Shown here one piece after another: positions 1 to 13,612 of a stretch of DNA of 64,000 nt (the stretch's first letter is position 1; each line of letters opens with the position of its first letter). The translations under genes and the position numbers were made by a program. Under the pieces are notes generated by a model that saw nothing but the letters and a program-made list of their open reading frames with translations, was not told the DNA's origin and searched no databases. This DNA is from Paraspadella gotoi (Eukaryota > Animalia > Chaetognatha). Location: the NCBI GenBank assembly GCA_051294375.1, contig CM119265.1, positions 12,764,124 to 12,828,123 of the forward strand, in the 5' to 3' direction.

Positions 1-117
1 GGGTAAGGGAAGGCAAAGGGTAAGGGAAGGTGAGACGGAAGAAGGAGAGGGAACTGAGAAACTAAGAATCTGGGATGCACTCGGTCGACGCATCCCTCCG
101 CCTGGCAGAACTCCACT

Positions 118-174
<57 letters not shown>

Positions 175-586
175 TGCCAAAGAAATGCCTGGAGGGGGCG
201 CCGGGGGCTGAGAGATGGTGCGATGGAGGCAGGTGTGTCTCGAGTCTCTCGACCAATGAGGTGGGATCGACCGAATCGTGGAGTGTCAGAGGTCGCTTGT
301 CTGGGAGAGGGAAGAACCAGAGACTTGATGAGGTCAACGTAGTTCGTATGGACCCAATGCCGAGTTGGCTTCCTTCTTTTGGCGACGGTGAGCTTTGTGG
401 CAAATCGAAGAATACGAAACGTTTGAAGAGAAATGTGGCCAGAAAAGCTATGGATTTAAAATGGCGGACTTAATAATATGAAACACGCATAATGGAATAG
501 AAGCGACATGAATGGCTTTTTAAGTACGGTATGAGAGAAAAACCATTAGTTCCATATGATTGTCATTTGTTGAAAAGAAAATATGC

Positions 587-1421
587 NNNNNNNNNNNNNN
601 NNNNNNNNNNNNNNNNNNNNNNNNNNNNNNNNNNNNNNNNNNNNNNNNNNNNNNNNNNNNNNNNNNNNNNNNNNNNNNNNNNNNNNNNNNNNNNNNNNNN
701 NNNNNNNNNNNNNNNNNNNNNNNNNNNNNNNNNNNNNNNNNNNNNNNNNNNNNNNNNNNNNNNNNNNNNNNNNNNNNNNNNNNNNNNNNNNNNNNNNNNN
801 NNNNNNNNNNNNNNNNNNNNNNNNNNNNNNNNNNNNNNNNNNNNNNNNNNNNNNNNNNNNNNNNNNNNNNNNNNNNNNNNNNNNNNNNNNNNNNNNNNNN
901 NNNNNNNNNNNNNNNNNNNNNNNNNNNNNNNNNNNNNNNNNNNNNNNNNNNNNNNNNNNNNNNNNNNNNNNNNNNNNNNNNNNNNNNNNNNNNNNNNNNN
1001 NNNNNNNNNNNNNNNNNNNNNNNNNNNNNNNNNNNNNNNNNNNNNNNNNNNNNNNNNNNNNNNNNNNNNNNNNNNNNNNNNNNNNNNNNNNNNNNNNNNN
1101 NNNNNNNNNNNNNNNNNNNNNNNNNNNNNNNNNNNNNNNNNNNNNNNNNNNNNNNNNNNNNNNNNNNNNNNNNNNNNNNNNNNNNNNNNNNNNNNNNNNN
1201 NNNNNNNNNNNNNNNNNNNNNNNNNNNNNNNNNNNNNNNNNNNNNNNNNNNNNNNNNNNNNNNNNNNNNNNNNNNNNNNNNNNNNNNNNNNNNNNNNNNN
1301 NNNNNNNNNNNNNNNNNNNNNNNNNNNNNNNNNNNNNNNNNNNNNNNNNNNNNNNNNNNNNNNNNNNNNNNNNNNNNNNNNNNNNNNNNNNNNNNNNNNN
1401 NNNNNNNNNNNNNNNNNNNNN
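587..1421. other. Assembly gap (N run); further gaps at 1588-1612, 4374-4398, 5179-5203 (25 N each), 5501-5674 and 6189-6198
   Basis: Runs of n in the sequence. Confidence 0.99.
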
Positions 1422-1977
1422 ATTGCGCCGCGAGTGCTCGCGGATTTTACATGTTCGAAACCCTTTTTTCAAGATCATAGTGATCTGTGACCCCCCCAAA
1501 AAAACGTGGACAGATAAGAAAAGAATTCCATTGACCCGACTTGAAATTTATCGTCAATGTTCTCTTGAAATGTTTAACATCCTTCAANNNNNNNNNNNNN
1601 NNNNNNNNNNNNTCACTTCTCTCCTCTCTCTCTTCTCTCTCTCTACTCTCAAGTCTTCTCTCTCCCATCATCTCTCTCTCAATCTCTTCCTTCTATCGGG
1701 GTCTCTCTCCTCCATCGGTCTCTCTCTCAAACTCTCTCGTCTCTCCTCTTTCCTCTCTCACTCCTTGTTCTCTCTCTCTCTCGTCCGTCTCTTCCTTCTC
1801 GTCTCTCTCTCTCTCACTCTCTCTCATCTCTCTCCTCATCTCGTTCGTCTCCTTCATCTATCTGCTCTCTTCTCTCTCCTCTGATCTCTTTCTCTCTCTC
1901 TCTCTCTCTTCTCTCTCTCATCTCTCTCTCTCTGCTCTCTCTCTCAACTCCTCTCTCTCTCTCTCCTCATCTCTCTC

Positions 1978-2012
<35 letters not shown>

Positions 2013-2020
2013 CTCTTCTG

Positions 2021-2054
<34 letters not shown>

Positions 2055-5000
2055 TATCCTCTCTCTCTCGCCACTATTCCGCATAAGATTCCAATGAACG
2101 TTACGATCTCTGCCTTTTAGTCGCAGATATTGTTTTTCCCAAAAACAAATAAACCAGCAATGACTGACCTCCGGCACTTCCATCAGACGGAATGCACGAT
2201 TAACCTTTGGGTTTGAAGGAATGTAAACATTTTCAAGATGAAACAAATTGACGATAAATTTCAAGTCGGGTCAATGGAATTTCTTTATCTTATCTGTCCA
2301 CGTTTTTTTTGGGCGGGGGGTCACAGATCACTATGAATCTTGAAAAAAAGGGTTTCGAACAAACATATAAAAAATTCCGCGAGCACCTCGCGGCGCAAAT
2401 TAAAAAAAAAAAAAAAAATCATAACCTGTGCGAGAAATCGTAAATTCGCTCACTATCAGTTATAGCTTGGCCGACAACTTCAAACAGCTCGTCCCATTGG
2501 CCCTTGGAACACTAAGTGCTCGTTTTCACACAACCGGTGAGTGGTTTCCGGGTTTGTTCAATCCCGTGATTAAATGTGTGATGGTGTCGGCATAGTAACC
2601 CGCACCAGTGGGGTGGTCAACTTCTGCTTGGTCCACAAGTGCCCTGAATAGCCAGCTATTCGGGAGATAGCCTCACATACCTCCGGAGCATCACTCATAG
2701 TTCCCGTGTGCCCATAAAGCTCGAAATAAAAATGTTTCAAATGTCGATCTCCATGCCCTGCCTCGAATCGGGCCAACATAGCAAACAACGACAAACAATT
2801 TTCGTTCTCGACCACTTTTTCCGCCATTTTCGATCTCCACCCTCTTCCCATCACATACCGAGAGACTTTCCGCCCTTCTTTTTCCGAATCTTTTCCCATT
2901 ACCTTCCCGCGCAAAACGCGTTCACACGAGTGATTTCGTCGTTACGACGGGGATCCGTTTTTTTTTTTATTCCATCCAAGTCCGGGGTTTTTCTTTCTCC
3001 CGTCTCCACCGGCCCTTTAGGCGTTAGCTTTCATATTTCCATTGTTCCAATTGCTCCTTTGTTCGTCCATTCGTATTTTTCTTTTTATTTTTATTTTTAT
3101 TCTCCGGAAGAGAGAGAGAGAGAGAGAGAGATAAAGCCAAAGTCAGAGAGACAGAGAGACTGCTATATGGAGATGTTGTGACGATCCGCGGGGGAGTCAC
3201 TCCGGAACTTCGTCTTCGTCTCAGGAAAATCGATGAATAAAAAAACGAGAGATAAAAAAAACCTCGAAGCGAATCGCTTCTGTTGCACATAAATTATTTA
3301 TCGTTTTGGTTATATATTTTTTTTTCTCTCTCTCTCTCTTTCTCTCTCGTTTTCTCTCTATCCACGCAAGTCGTATACATCTTCAGTCGGAGGGTGGGGG
3401 GGTTTTTAAACGGCCTTCTCACTTCCCTATTGGGGAGATGAGCACAATGATTTTTCTGCGCTTCATTTTTCGTCAATCGTCGTTTATTTCTCGCCTCCTA
3501 ATCGTTTTGTATTTTATCTTGTATCTTTCTAATTTATCTTTTTAACCAATATGTTTGGATAATAAAAGGTTATTTCTACTAGAAATATCGTTGTAACTGT
3601 AGCTTCAAGGATAATTATTTCAGGATTATTGCAAATGAGAATGAGAATCTCCATCTCATTTGCAAATTGTGTTTTGTTCAAGTATTAAGAAATTATGTTT
3701 ACTAATATTTCGTCGCTTTCAAATTGTAACGTGTTTTTATTCTGGTTGATAACCAAACCAAGTTTTTCATTGAACTTGATTTCTTGCTTGTTAGAATAAT
3801 AATAAACGACTAAATTTCAGATATTCTCAATAAAAAATTAATCGTGTCGTCGTTTTATTTATTTATATTTGTACTTTTTATTTCTCACCTTACCCATTTC
3901 TCCTTCTTCTCAAACCTCACGGGTTCTTTTAATCTCTCCTCTTTCCTTTTATTTTCCTTTTATTTTCCTTTTATTTTCCTTTCCTCCTTTTACTCCTTCG
4001 TCCTTTTTGTTCCCCCTCATTTGTCTTCCAATCCTCCTTCGCTCGTCCAACTCGAAATCGGGAGAAAGAGGGCGTGAACTGCGATGAAAGACGAACGAGG
4101 CAAAGATAAGCGAGGGTAAGTTAAAGACGAAGATATTGCTTTCTGCCCCCGGCTCCTTTTCATTCGGATAAGATGGACGTTTAATTTCCAGGCTCTCCGC
4201 GGCCGCCGCCGCCGCCGCCTTTTTCGGCCGCCGCCATTGGAATCGAAAGGAAACGCCCCCTTCTTGCACTTCCGGTTTATCGGAATCGAGACTCCCCTTT
4301 CAACGATCCGATCCAAACGACATCTGGTGCCATTGGAGCGGCCTTCGATTTGTTGTACACGTGCCTGGATCTANNNNNNNNNNNNNNNNNNNNNNNNNCC
4401 GAGAGAGAGATGGAAACCAGTATTTTGGTAGGCGAGTTGTCCGAAGGTTATTCTATCGTGAAAACGAAGGGAAAGAGAGTGGGAAAGAGAGAAATGGTGC
4501 GAAAGTAGCGAGAGCAGAGACGGAAGAGAGAGAGAGAAGAGAGAGAGAGGAGAGAGAGAAGAGAGAGTAGAGAGAGAAGAGGAGAAGAGAGGAGAGAGAA
4601 GAGAAAGAGAGAGAGAGAAGAGAGAGAGAAGAGTTGAAGAAGTGAGTCAGGAGGGCAATCGGGCGTCTCAATACAAGACGGGGTCAAGAGAACTCATATC
4701 CTTAACTTGAAGTTTGATTGTCGACATTTGAAGTCGAGAAAGAAAGATTACCTCCATCCCTCGGAATTTTATTTTGGGCGCTGGACTGTTGAAAGAGAGA
4801 AAGAGGGAAAAGGAAGGAGAAGGAGGGAAGATTCGAGACTAAGTTTGAGTCCTACTCTCTCTCTCTCTCAGTCATTCTCTCATCTTCATCTCTCTCTCTC
4901 TCTCTCCCCTCTCCTCTCTCATCTCTCTCTCTCTGCTCTCTTCTTCTCTCTCTCTAGACTCCCTCTCTCCCTTCCTTTCCCTCTTTCTCTCTTTCAGACA

Positions 5001-5720
5001 GTCCAGCGCCCAAAATAAATTCCGAGGGGAGGAGGTAATCTTTTTCTTTTCTCGACTTCAAATGTCGACAATCAAAGCTCAAGTAAGGAATGAGTTCTCC
5101 TTGACCCCGTCTTGATTGGAGACGCCCGATGCCCTCCGACTCACTTCTCAACTCTCTCTCTCTCTCTCTCTCTCTCTCNNNNNNNNNNNNNNNNNNNNNN
5201 NNNCCGAGAGAGAGATGGAAACCAGTATTTTGGTAGGCGAGTTGTCCGAAGGTTATTCTATCGTGAAAACGAAGGGAAAGAGAGTGGGAAAGAGAGAAAT
5301 GGTGCGAAAGTAGCGAGAGCAGAGACGGAAGAGAGAGAGAGAAGAGAGAGAGAGGAGAGAGAGAAGAGAGAGTAGAGAGAGAAGAGGAGAAGAGAGGAGA
5401 GAGAAGAGAAAGATTTTTTCCCTTTCGTTTCACGATAGAATAACCTCGGACAACTCGCCTCACCAAAAATAACTTGGTTTCCCACTACGAGGAGAAAAAA
5501 NNNNNNNNNNNNNNNNNNNNNNNNNNNNNNNNNNNNNNNNNNNNNNNNNNNNNNNNNNNNNNNNNNNNNNNNNNNNNNNNNNNNNNNNNNNNNNNNNNNN
5601 NNNNNNNNNNNNNNNNNNNNNNNNNNNNNNNNNNNNNNNNNNNNNNNNNNNNNNNNNNNNNNNNNNNNNNNNNNCGAGAATCTGGGTTAAAAACGGGGAT
5701 AGAATCGGAGGTGAAATAGG

Positions 5721-5832
5721 TGCTGGAATCGAGACTGGAATTAGTACTGGAATCGGCGCTGGAATAAGTACTGGAATCGGCAATGGAATTAGTACTGGAA
5801 TCGGCGCTGGAATTAGTACTGAAATCGACGCT
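5721..5832. repeat. 24-bp minisatellite (GGAATTAGTACTGGAATCGGCGCT), about 4.5 copies
   Basis: Tandem units visible directly; they produce the IPVLIPAP repeat in ORF 5460..5873. Confidence 0.85.
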
Positions 5833-7282
5833 TCTAGAAATGGTGGCGTATCATCAGAAATCAAAGACGACAAAGCGACGTCAAGAAATTGGGAAAAAAA
5901 CCTAAGAATTCTAACTTTAAATCGGGACTGCGAATGGAACCAGCTCCGGGAATCGAACTCTTAAAATCGAACTTGAACGCGACGCCGGAATCGGGATCCG
6001 CGTCGGAACCGGAACCGGCGCCGAGAAAAAAGGGAAGAGTCCGGCGCTCAGGTGCGGAGGAGAGTCTTTGATGACAAAACGTTTTGACGACCGAATCGGG
6101 GGTCAACAAACAGAAAAAGAGAAGGAGAAAAAAAGAGGGGGAAGAAAAGATAGGAAAGGAAGAGAGTAAAACTGAAAGACCGGAAGTCNNNNNNNNNNAA
6201 AAAGAGAACAAACAAAACAAACAAACAAAACAACAACAAACAAACAGACAGAAAACAACAAACAAACAGAAAAAGAGAAGGAGAAAAAAAGAGAGGGAAG
6301 AAAAGATAGGAAAGGAAGAGAGTAAAACTGAAAGACCGAAAGTCTGGAAAGACGATAAAAAAAAAAGCAGAATAGGGTTCAAACAACTGCGTTCTTTTCA
6401 CTATGATAGGGTTGAAATATCTCAGAAAATAAAAGAAAATGAAAAAAAATTACGAAAAGGAGGGAAAAATCAGAGCGGATCGGATTAAAAAGGCAGATTA
6501 TGACAACAAATAATGCGGGGAAAAAATATTTTGTAAATATCGTGAAAAATGAATAAACGTAACGGGATTTATGCCTAGGTTCTCTCCCGACGTAAATAAT
6601 TTTGCAAATTGCAGATCGGTTTAAAAGCGAATGCCACAGAATGTTGAAAGTTATGCCTCTGAGCGTTTTGAAGAACTTGAAGACCTTCGACATTCTCGTT
6701 TTACTATTTCACGAACCCTCCTTCATTTTTCCATCACCCCCTTTCTTCGTCCCCGCCTTAAACTCACTTAAAACCCCTCTTTCCTTTTCACTACCCCAAT
6801 CCCCCCACTACGCCTATCCCCCTTTTCTCAGTCTCAACAAGACCAAAGCTTTTCTTTCTCCGAAAAGAAAAAGAAAAGCTGGCCCTTTTCCATTAGGGGG
6901 AAAAAGGACTGGGAAAAGGACATCAATAATTACGAGACAGTTTGTATTGGTCGCTTCTGAAGGGGACCCCGGCTTAAACGGCCCGAGTCGCCCTTTTGTT
7001 TTCTTCTTTTCTTTTTTTTTTGCCTTTTTTTTTGTTTGTGTGTTTTTAAGTCGTGAATTCGTTGGAAAGAGGCAGAAAAATACAATTAACTTTTCTCTCC
7101 AATTTATACTGTCGTACTTTGTCTTTCTTTTCTTCTGGGTTTCTATGTTTTTTGTCTCTCTCTCTCTCTCTCTCTCGATCTCTCTTCCTTTAGTGCTCTG
7201 ATTTCTCTCTCCCTATCTCTCTTCGTCTTCCCCTTTCTTTATCTCAAGAGTCAACAAACGGTTTTAAGACTAAGTTGATCTG

Positions 7283-7326
<44 letters not shown>

Positions 7327-7438
7327 CGGGATATAAAGTGGTGACCGGAAAGAGTGTAAGCGAGAGAGAGAAACACACACAGAGACACACAAACAGAGAA
7401 AGAAAGAGAGAGAGAAAGATAAATAAAGAAAAATAAAA

Positions 7439-7496
<58 letters not shown>

Positions 7497-8559
7497 AGAG
7501 ACGTCTAGTCGTCTCCTCCTCCAAAATTAACGGCGTGACGTTGAAGATTCATGATTCGGTTGGCCGAATCCATCAAGGAAAGAACCTTATTTCTTTCTCC
7601 ACCTGAAAAAGGAAAAAAAAAACTAAAGTATATTTATATATGTATACTATATATATATTTCCACCCTTTCTTATTTAATTTTTAAAATGTAATTAGTTAG
7701 TAATACATAAATTAACTCTCAGACTTAGACTTGTCAGAGACTGAGCCGAGACTACAACAGTTCATAGTATTTTATTATTATTTCTTATATCTTTAGTTAC
7801 CTTAAAAATCAATTTAAAATCTAACTATAACCAAGACCGAACACAGAATAACCAACCATTGTCTTTTTTGGCCCTTCCCCTTTTCCCCTTCCGCCTCCCC
7901 CCTCCCCTCTGCTTGCAAACGAGATTTTAAATCGTCCGATTAAACCCGCCTTTGACAATTCAACGCCGATAATTTCCAATTTTAATCGCGGCCTCCAAAT
8001 TGCTCGAGCGCGAGAAACGAAGAACAATTTTTCTTCCAATTTTCCCTCTTGTTTACTTTTTTTTTCCCCCTTCCCTCGCGCGCGGAAACGCAGACTTTTG
8101 CAGATGGCGAAAAAGAGACAAAGAGACGAAATTGCGAAAAAGAAGAAAGAAAAAAAAAAGAAAAAAACCGGCGCGCGTCGCCGAGAACCGAATCCATTTA
8201 ATTTTCTCGTTTCTCTCTCTTTTTTTTTTTTTTTTCTGCCCGTAAATTTATCTCTCGAGCAGAGAGCGAGAGGAAGAGCGAGGCGCCGGGGAAGCCAAAC
8301 CCTGAGAACCCGGTCGCTGATACAAACAAACAAACAAGAGAATAAAAAAAGCTTCAGTCGTAGCGAGACGTGGTTGGGAAGAGGGCTGAAGGTAGGGGGG
8401 GCTGGGGAGTGGAAAGGGTTGTGAAAATTTCTCCCGAATCTTTTTTTTAAAGATAAAGATATAGATAATTTAGTGAAACCAGACTAACTTTTTTTTGGGG
8501 GGGGGTCTTGCTCTGAATATATTTCGAGCCCTGACACGGCTGCCAGAATTCTTCATTTC

Positions 8560-8600
<41 letters not shown>

Positions 8601-9235
8601 CTCGGCAGGCTCCGAAATATATTGGTCAGATCAGATTTTTTTCGATTCTCCATCTGACTGCAGCAGGTGAAGGTCATGTCACCGGAAACACTGACGTGGC
8701 AAGAAATTGCCTACTTTATCATACAAATCGATAGATATTTGGTCGACTCTGTGAGACATATTCTTTTTTATACATACATTTCTTTTTTTTTTATTCATGA
8801 CTCAATCTCGGTTTTCTTCTTTTTTCTCCCCCTCGTTATATTCTGAATTCTTCGTCGCCTTTTTTTTCTCAATATTCTTTTTTTTTCTCTCTCTCTCACA
8901 CACTCACAAAGGAACCACGAATCACATTTCACATTTCAACATTTTATGTGAATTTTCTCTCTCAATTTCGAGCATCAGGGCCGTTGATCATTGAATCAGA
9001 AGTTCAGAGAGAGAGAGAGAGCACGACGAGAGAACGAGAGCGAGAGCGCGCAGACGAAAGCAAGCGAACGAAAGAGCGTAAAAAAAATCGAATGACTATG
9101 ATTGTATCAATCAATCATGGCTTTCTAAGTGTTCTGGCGCGGAACTGAACATCACCGACCGCTCACGGCACCGACGACGACGCCGCCAGAGAGAGCAGAC
9201 GCACGACCGCACACGCCAGCAGACGCACGCATCGT

Positions 9236-9761
9236 CGTCAGACGCCACGTTTCTGCTCTTAGGTCCGCTCCAAAGTAATATCAGTTGGTCCAGGAAGGCT
9301 GCTAAATACCGCGCAACCGACCAAGGCATCCACTGACTCTATATCATGAAGTATAATCTCGAAGCATGTAAAGAGAAATCATAGAGTAAATCGCAGTCAT
9401 ACATTCCTCACTAAAGAAATGGCATCATAATCCGTCATATAATCCAGTAATAATTCGTTAAAGCCCAGTGTAAATGCCGTACGCCCGAAAATGCGCTTAA
9501 ATACGAGCGAACATCAAGTCCAAGCGAGCGGAATCTATCAAACTAATTCAATGATCCAAGTCTGACTGAAGGTTGACCGGGGGAGCGCAAGAGCGAGACG
9601 GCTACGAGCAAGAGATATTAGTCTCTCTTCGGTCCAAGAAGCTATCTGTGGCCACTGGTTCTCTTTAACTCACTTTTCAAGTGACACAAAGGCCACAACA
9701 GGACCAGTGGTCAATCAAACGGGTCCAATCAATCAATGTTTTCCCTCGGTAATAGGCTACA
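9236..9761. repeat. Left direct repeat (LTR-like), noisy copy
   Basis: Shares blocks with 13613-14061, e.g. caaggcatccactgactc, aaatcatagagtaa, ataatccgtcatataatccagta, aagtccaagcgagcggaatctatcaaa, ggttgaccggggga; many small indels; left boundary approximate. Confidence 0.75.
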
Positions 9762-10105
9762 AGATTCAAAATCTAATGACTAGATAAAGGTTTTGACCAA
9801 AAAACTAAAAAAACACCATGATCTGGTTGAAAAACTAAAAAAAGGGCCATTTTCCCGTTTTCAGTTTGCGCTATGATTCCAATCTTTCAGGCTTCCAATT
9901 CGTGGCGCTCCTTTTGTTCAGTTTCTGAAGTTTCCTCCAGAGGGCCCCGGCGATGTTGCTGTTCTTGAATCCGCATCATGCACCGGCTGCCCTGTCCGTT
10001 CTTTCGCGTCGCCATCATAGTCTCAGATTTGTTTCTGTTAACTACTTTTCGCACGTCGTGACGTAGGCCGTCTGTCTGCGTGTTTTCTGTTCAAATTTTG
10101 GCTGT

Positions 10106-10727
10106 TCAGCTGTGATCATAGGGCGAGTCATACATAGAACCGATCCTGATAAACTCAAAAGACCAGTGAGGCGAAGAACAGATCGCTGAAAAATTAATAA
10201 AGATTTAGCAACTATCCTTTTCATCCATTGTAAACTATGTATCGAGCCTTTTTATATTCGTTTCAAATTTATTCTAACATTCACTTTTATCGAGAGTTAA
10301 TTTTCTACAAAAAAATGAAACATTCATTTATGGCCTAACATACGTCTCACCTCTGTGTTCCTGAAAGTCAAATATGGAAATTTCGATCCTTTTAGTCACA
10401 AATTTGCGCGAATGCTTAGGTGGGCAGCTCATACTTTTCAATTATGGCCCCAGGGATCATAATAGTCTGTGTCAAGGTCAGTATTCACTTTCACAGATAC
10501 AATCTGATGCATCGGATTCCAATCAGGGATAAATTTGATATCCCATCAAAATCAAAAGGTTCTTCCAATTTTTGAGGTTTAGATTCGTACGTTTCAATAC
10601 ATTCATCAAGAACCATCAAACATGTTTTCATCACAGAACGGCGTATAAATAATTCTCCATGCATGCATTGAGATAAATCGTGTAAACATGTAAATTCTCC
10701 AACATGCCATGACAGCCGGTAACGCAC
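10106..10727 (-). pseudogene. Two-exon ORF of unknown function (putative intron 10350-10186), with at least one frameshift
   Basis: Donor GAG|GTGAGA at 10350 and acceptor TTATTAATTTTTCAG| at 10186 flank an AT-rich 165-nt segment. The spliced frame reads ...DIKFIPDWNPMHQIVSVKVNTDLDTDYYDPWGHNLKSMSCPPKHSRKFVTKRIEISIFDFQEHR|AICSSPHWSFEFIRIGSMYDSPYDHS*. Confidence 0.4.
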
Positions 10728-11523
10728 CCAAACGTATTTTTTTTAAATAAATTATTCTTACTTTACTTGTTTATGATTTAATGATACTAATGAATTCTTA
10801 GACAGCACCTATCCTACCGGCCACATAGCATACAGGCATTTCCACAATCAAAACATCAGATATTTACATCCGAAACTAGAAATCACAACTAAATTATAAC
10901 TTACACTCCCATTCATTAAAATTAATCATTCATCTAAATCATCAATTCATTAATCAACATTTTAGCGTCCATCGTCAACAATATTGAACGCTCTCATTCA
11001 TACGGCTGCACACAAATTGATTGCATCGCCGTACATAAGGTTTCCATCTGCTCGCTGCTGAAGCATTCATTTCGACAACGGTCGCCTGCAGCAATTCCGG
11101 GCTGCCGTTGCGCGTGGTGCCCTCCCTGAATAGCTGCGGCTGCCGGGCGGTCGCTCCTGATTTGCCTGCGTCGCACGTAGTTGGAATTTTTGGCTGCAGT
11201 TGGCGGTCGATTCCTGCCTCCTCTAAAGAGATGCAGAACAGAATCAACGCTCGCCTCTGCTTTCTTTAAGAGTAGTTGGATGAGCCAATATTTGAGTCTT
11301 CTTACAAATAAATTCTTTTTTTCGTTGTCAATAGCTCTAGTTTTTTCCTTTAACTGTTTATGAAAATCTTAATATGAACGACTTATTTCGCCGGAAAATC
11401 GGCCTGCCGTTGACCCGCTCGGACGCCTCCAAAGATATGCGGCTGCGTTACCGGCGGCGCCTCCTGAGCTCGCCTGATCATAGTGTCGTGCGTGTGAATC
11501 AGGCTATTGTATGGTTCTGATTC

Positions 11524-12956
11524 CTAGTTTGACATCATTCCTCTAGGTATGGATGGCAATGTCCTACAAATTTCTGCTGCTAGTGGGGAATTGAACTTGA
11601 CATGGTGAAAGTTCTCTCCATCAAAATTCTTAACTTCTTTTTAAATTCTGGTGTTTTTGTGCTTAATTTGGACATCACCAGTAAGAAAGCTATTCAAAGG
11701 GTTCAAAACACACATCACATAAAACTATGATCTCGTCCCTATTGGACACTCGTATCATAGTACTTTTCCTCTGTCCTGTTCCTATCACACCAGAACCCCA
11801 ACCTTGATTTGGCAGGTTCTTCCGTTTTCTTTGATCTCTCTTTTTGTTCATAAATACTCATAAAGGATGGTATGGTGTTTCGTTTCCGGCAGCTCTTCTG
11901 GCATATTTCTTGTGAAATGGCAATCTTTGAAGATGCCCTTTTTCCTGACACATTTTAAAACCATATCCTTCCTTGTATGCAACATTGCTCTTTTGAATTT
12001 GGAATCAAATTTTCTATGAAAGCTATTGGCAACTCTCTATATAATGTTTTTTTCTCTTTGCAATGATAGCAACCATTGCTTTTTCCTATATTCCATACCT
12101 GATTTTTCAGTTTCAATGACGATTGTCCTTTTTTCGTTTTTCAAGTGGGAACGAAGTTGCCAATAAATTTCTGCGTTTCAACTGTGCCCCACCCACTATT
12201 GAGGGTTTCTTAGGGCGAAGAAAGCGTAACAATGGGTATTATGGTGGGTTGTGAGATGTTATTTCGTCGCCGCCGACAACCTTAAGGATGGTGTAGAGAG
12301 AAGGTCGATATTTTCTTTCTTCTCATTTTCAAGTTCTTCTTTTGTAGAAATCGAGTTCTTTCTCTGAGTTGCTTAAATTTCAAGTTTGCATATTTCTTTT
12401 GTATCTAATTCAATTAAAGCCTCAGAGACAGCTCTTCTTGATCACTACTATCATTCCATCCCTGGATTCCTTCAATTGGCCAACGAATCAAGTCTTCAGT
12501 TCATCAAAACTCTGTTTCCAAGCATCATTCATCTGTCTAATCTTTCAAAGCAATAGTAGCTGCACTGCAATCGCTCGCTCAGGCCAGAGTTTGGACAAGA
12601 GGAAATAATAGAAGCCAAAATCACTTTTTCTCAATTCTTTCCCAACGACACTTTCCGTTCTTCTCGTTCTTCTGGAGCTTGAGTCCCTTCCAGAATAGAC
12701 TGGGCCTGCACCAAAGTTTCTTCCAGAAGAATGGTGTCATCTGGGAGAAGTTTGTGCATTTTTGCAAATCTTCTTGCTTTGCGACAAAGGTCTTCGTATG
12801 AAAAGTTTTCGTGAAGCCAAGGTTGGGTTTTCTTTGGGACCACAGGCCCAGTTCACGGGTATCGCGAAATCAATTTGCTAATGTCGTGAACAGACTTTCG
12901 TATGTTAGTCCGTTATGGCGTGCGAATTCCTTGTATCAATTACGTTCAACTTTCAT
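11524..12956 (-). pseudogene. Frameshifted gag-like ORF with BEL/Pao-type zinc knuckles (pseudogene or error-ridden sequence)
   Basis: Joining frames gives CYHCKEKKHYIESC (12071-12029, needs removal of one A in an A7 run), a CFKCQEKGHL..DC-like second knuckle (~11965-11920) and C..C..KHHTILY (~11905-11858); ATG at 12956; upstream fragments include ORF 12631..12843. Confidence 0.65.
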
Positions 12957-13612
12957 TGAGGGACTCTCGAAAAGAGAAAAAACGAAAAAGAATATCGGAA
13001 AAGTTTCAAAAAATATCAAACAAAATTCAAAGATCCAGAAATCAAATTATTCGAATTATTCAATCAAACCATTTTAATTCCGGTTCTTCTAAAAAAGAGA
13101 CCAATCATTGATAAAATAAAAGTTTATAAAATAAAAATGCCGTAACTCTTTAATGTTAAACCTCAATAAATCAAATTAGTATTTCATAGAAATAATTATG
13201 TTATCGGTTTTTTATTCTGTTTCCAATTTCTTATAAAATTTAATCCTGTTTCATAATTTTAGGAGAAAAATGTTTACTTGCAAAGAGTTGATCATAGAAG
13301 ATAAAAATCCAATCAATTCAATGAAACCAATCAATGGTTAAAAATTCGAATTTCATTTCGTAAATAATTAAACTCAATCTATTAATCAGATGAATTCCAA
13401 TCATTTTTTTCAATTTTTTTTCAAAATAAAATACCATTTCATTCTATTCAATCCGACATCACTTGGACTCAGCCGTGATTAAACCGTCCCAGATGTTTTG
13501 TAAAAAGTGAAGTCACCCTTCTGCAATTCCAGTACGTTTAATATCTCATATCAACTGATTACCTGAAGAAGCGATGCATGTTTTTCCGAAATGGAAAAAT
13601 CCATTTTCCTAC

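Noticed and set aside
531-1884. Long ORFs spanning N runs
   Set aside because: They consist of X residues; artefacts of gaps
1422-2400. Inverted duplication 1422-1587 versus ~2212-2400 that looks like long TIRs
   Set aside because: One copy is a fragment isolated between two N gaps and the copies differ by read-type indels; most likely a gap-filling or mis-orientation artefact
4399-5500. Nested direct and inverted repeats (4399-4610 = 5204-5410; ~4620-4810 inverted at ~4960-5160; 5410-5485 inverted of 4405-4475)
   Set aside because: Adjacent to 25-N spacers and showing the forward/reverse pattern of chimeric (missed-adapter) long subreads; treated as an assembly artefact
6100-6345. ~85-bp direct repeat across the 10-N gap
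   Set aside because: Unmerged contig overlap is the simplest explanation
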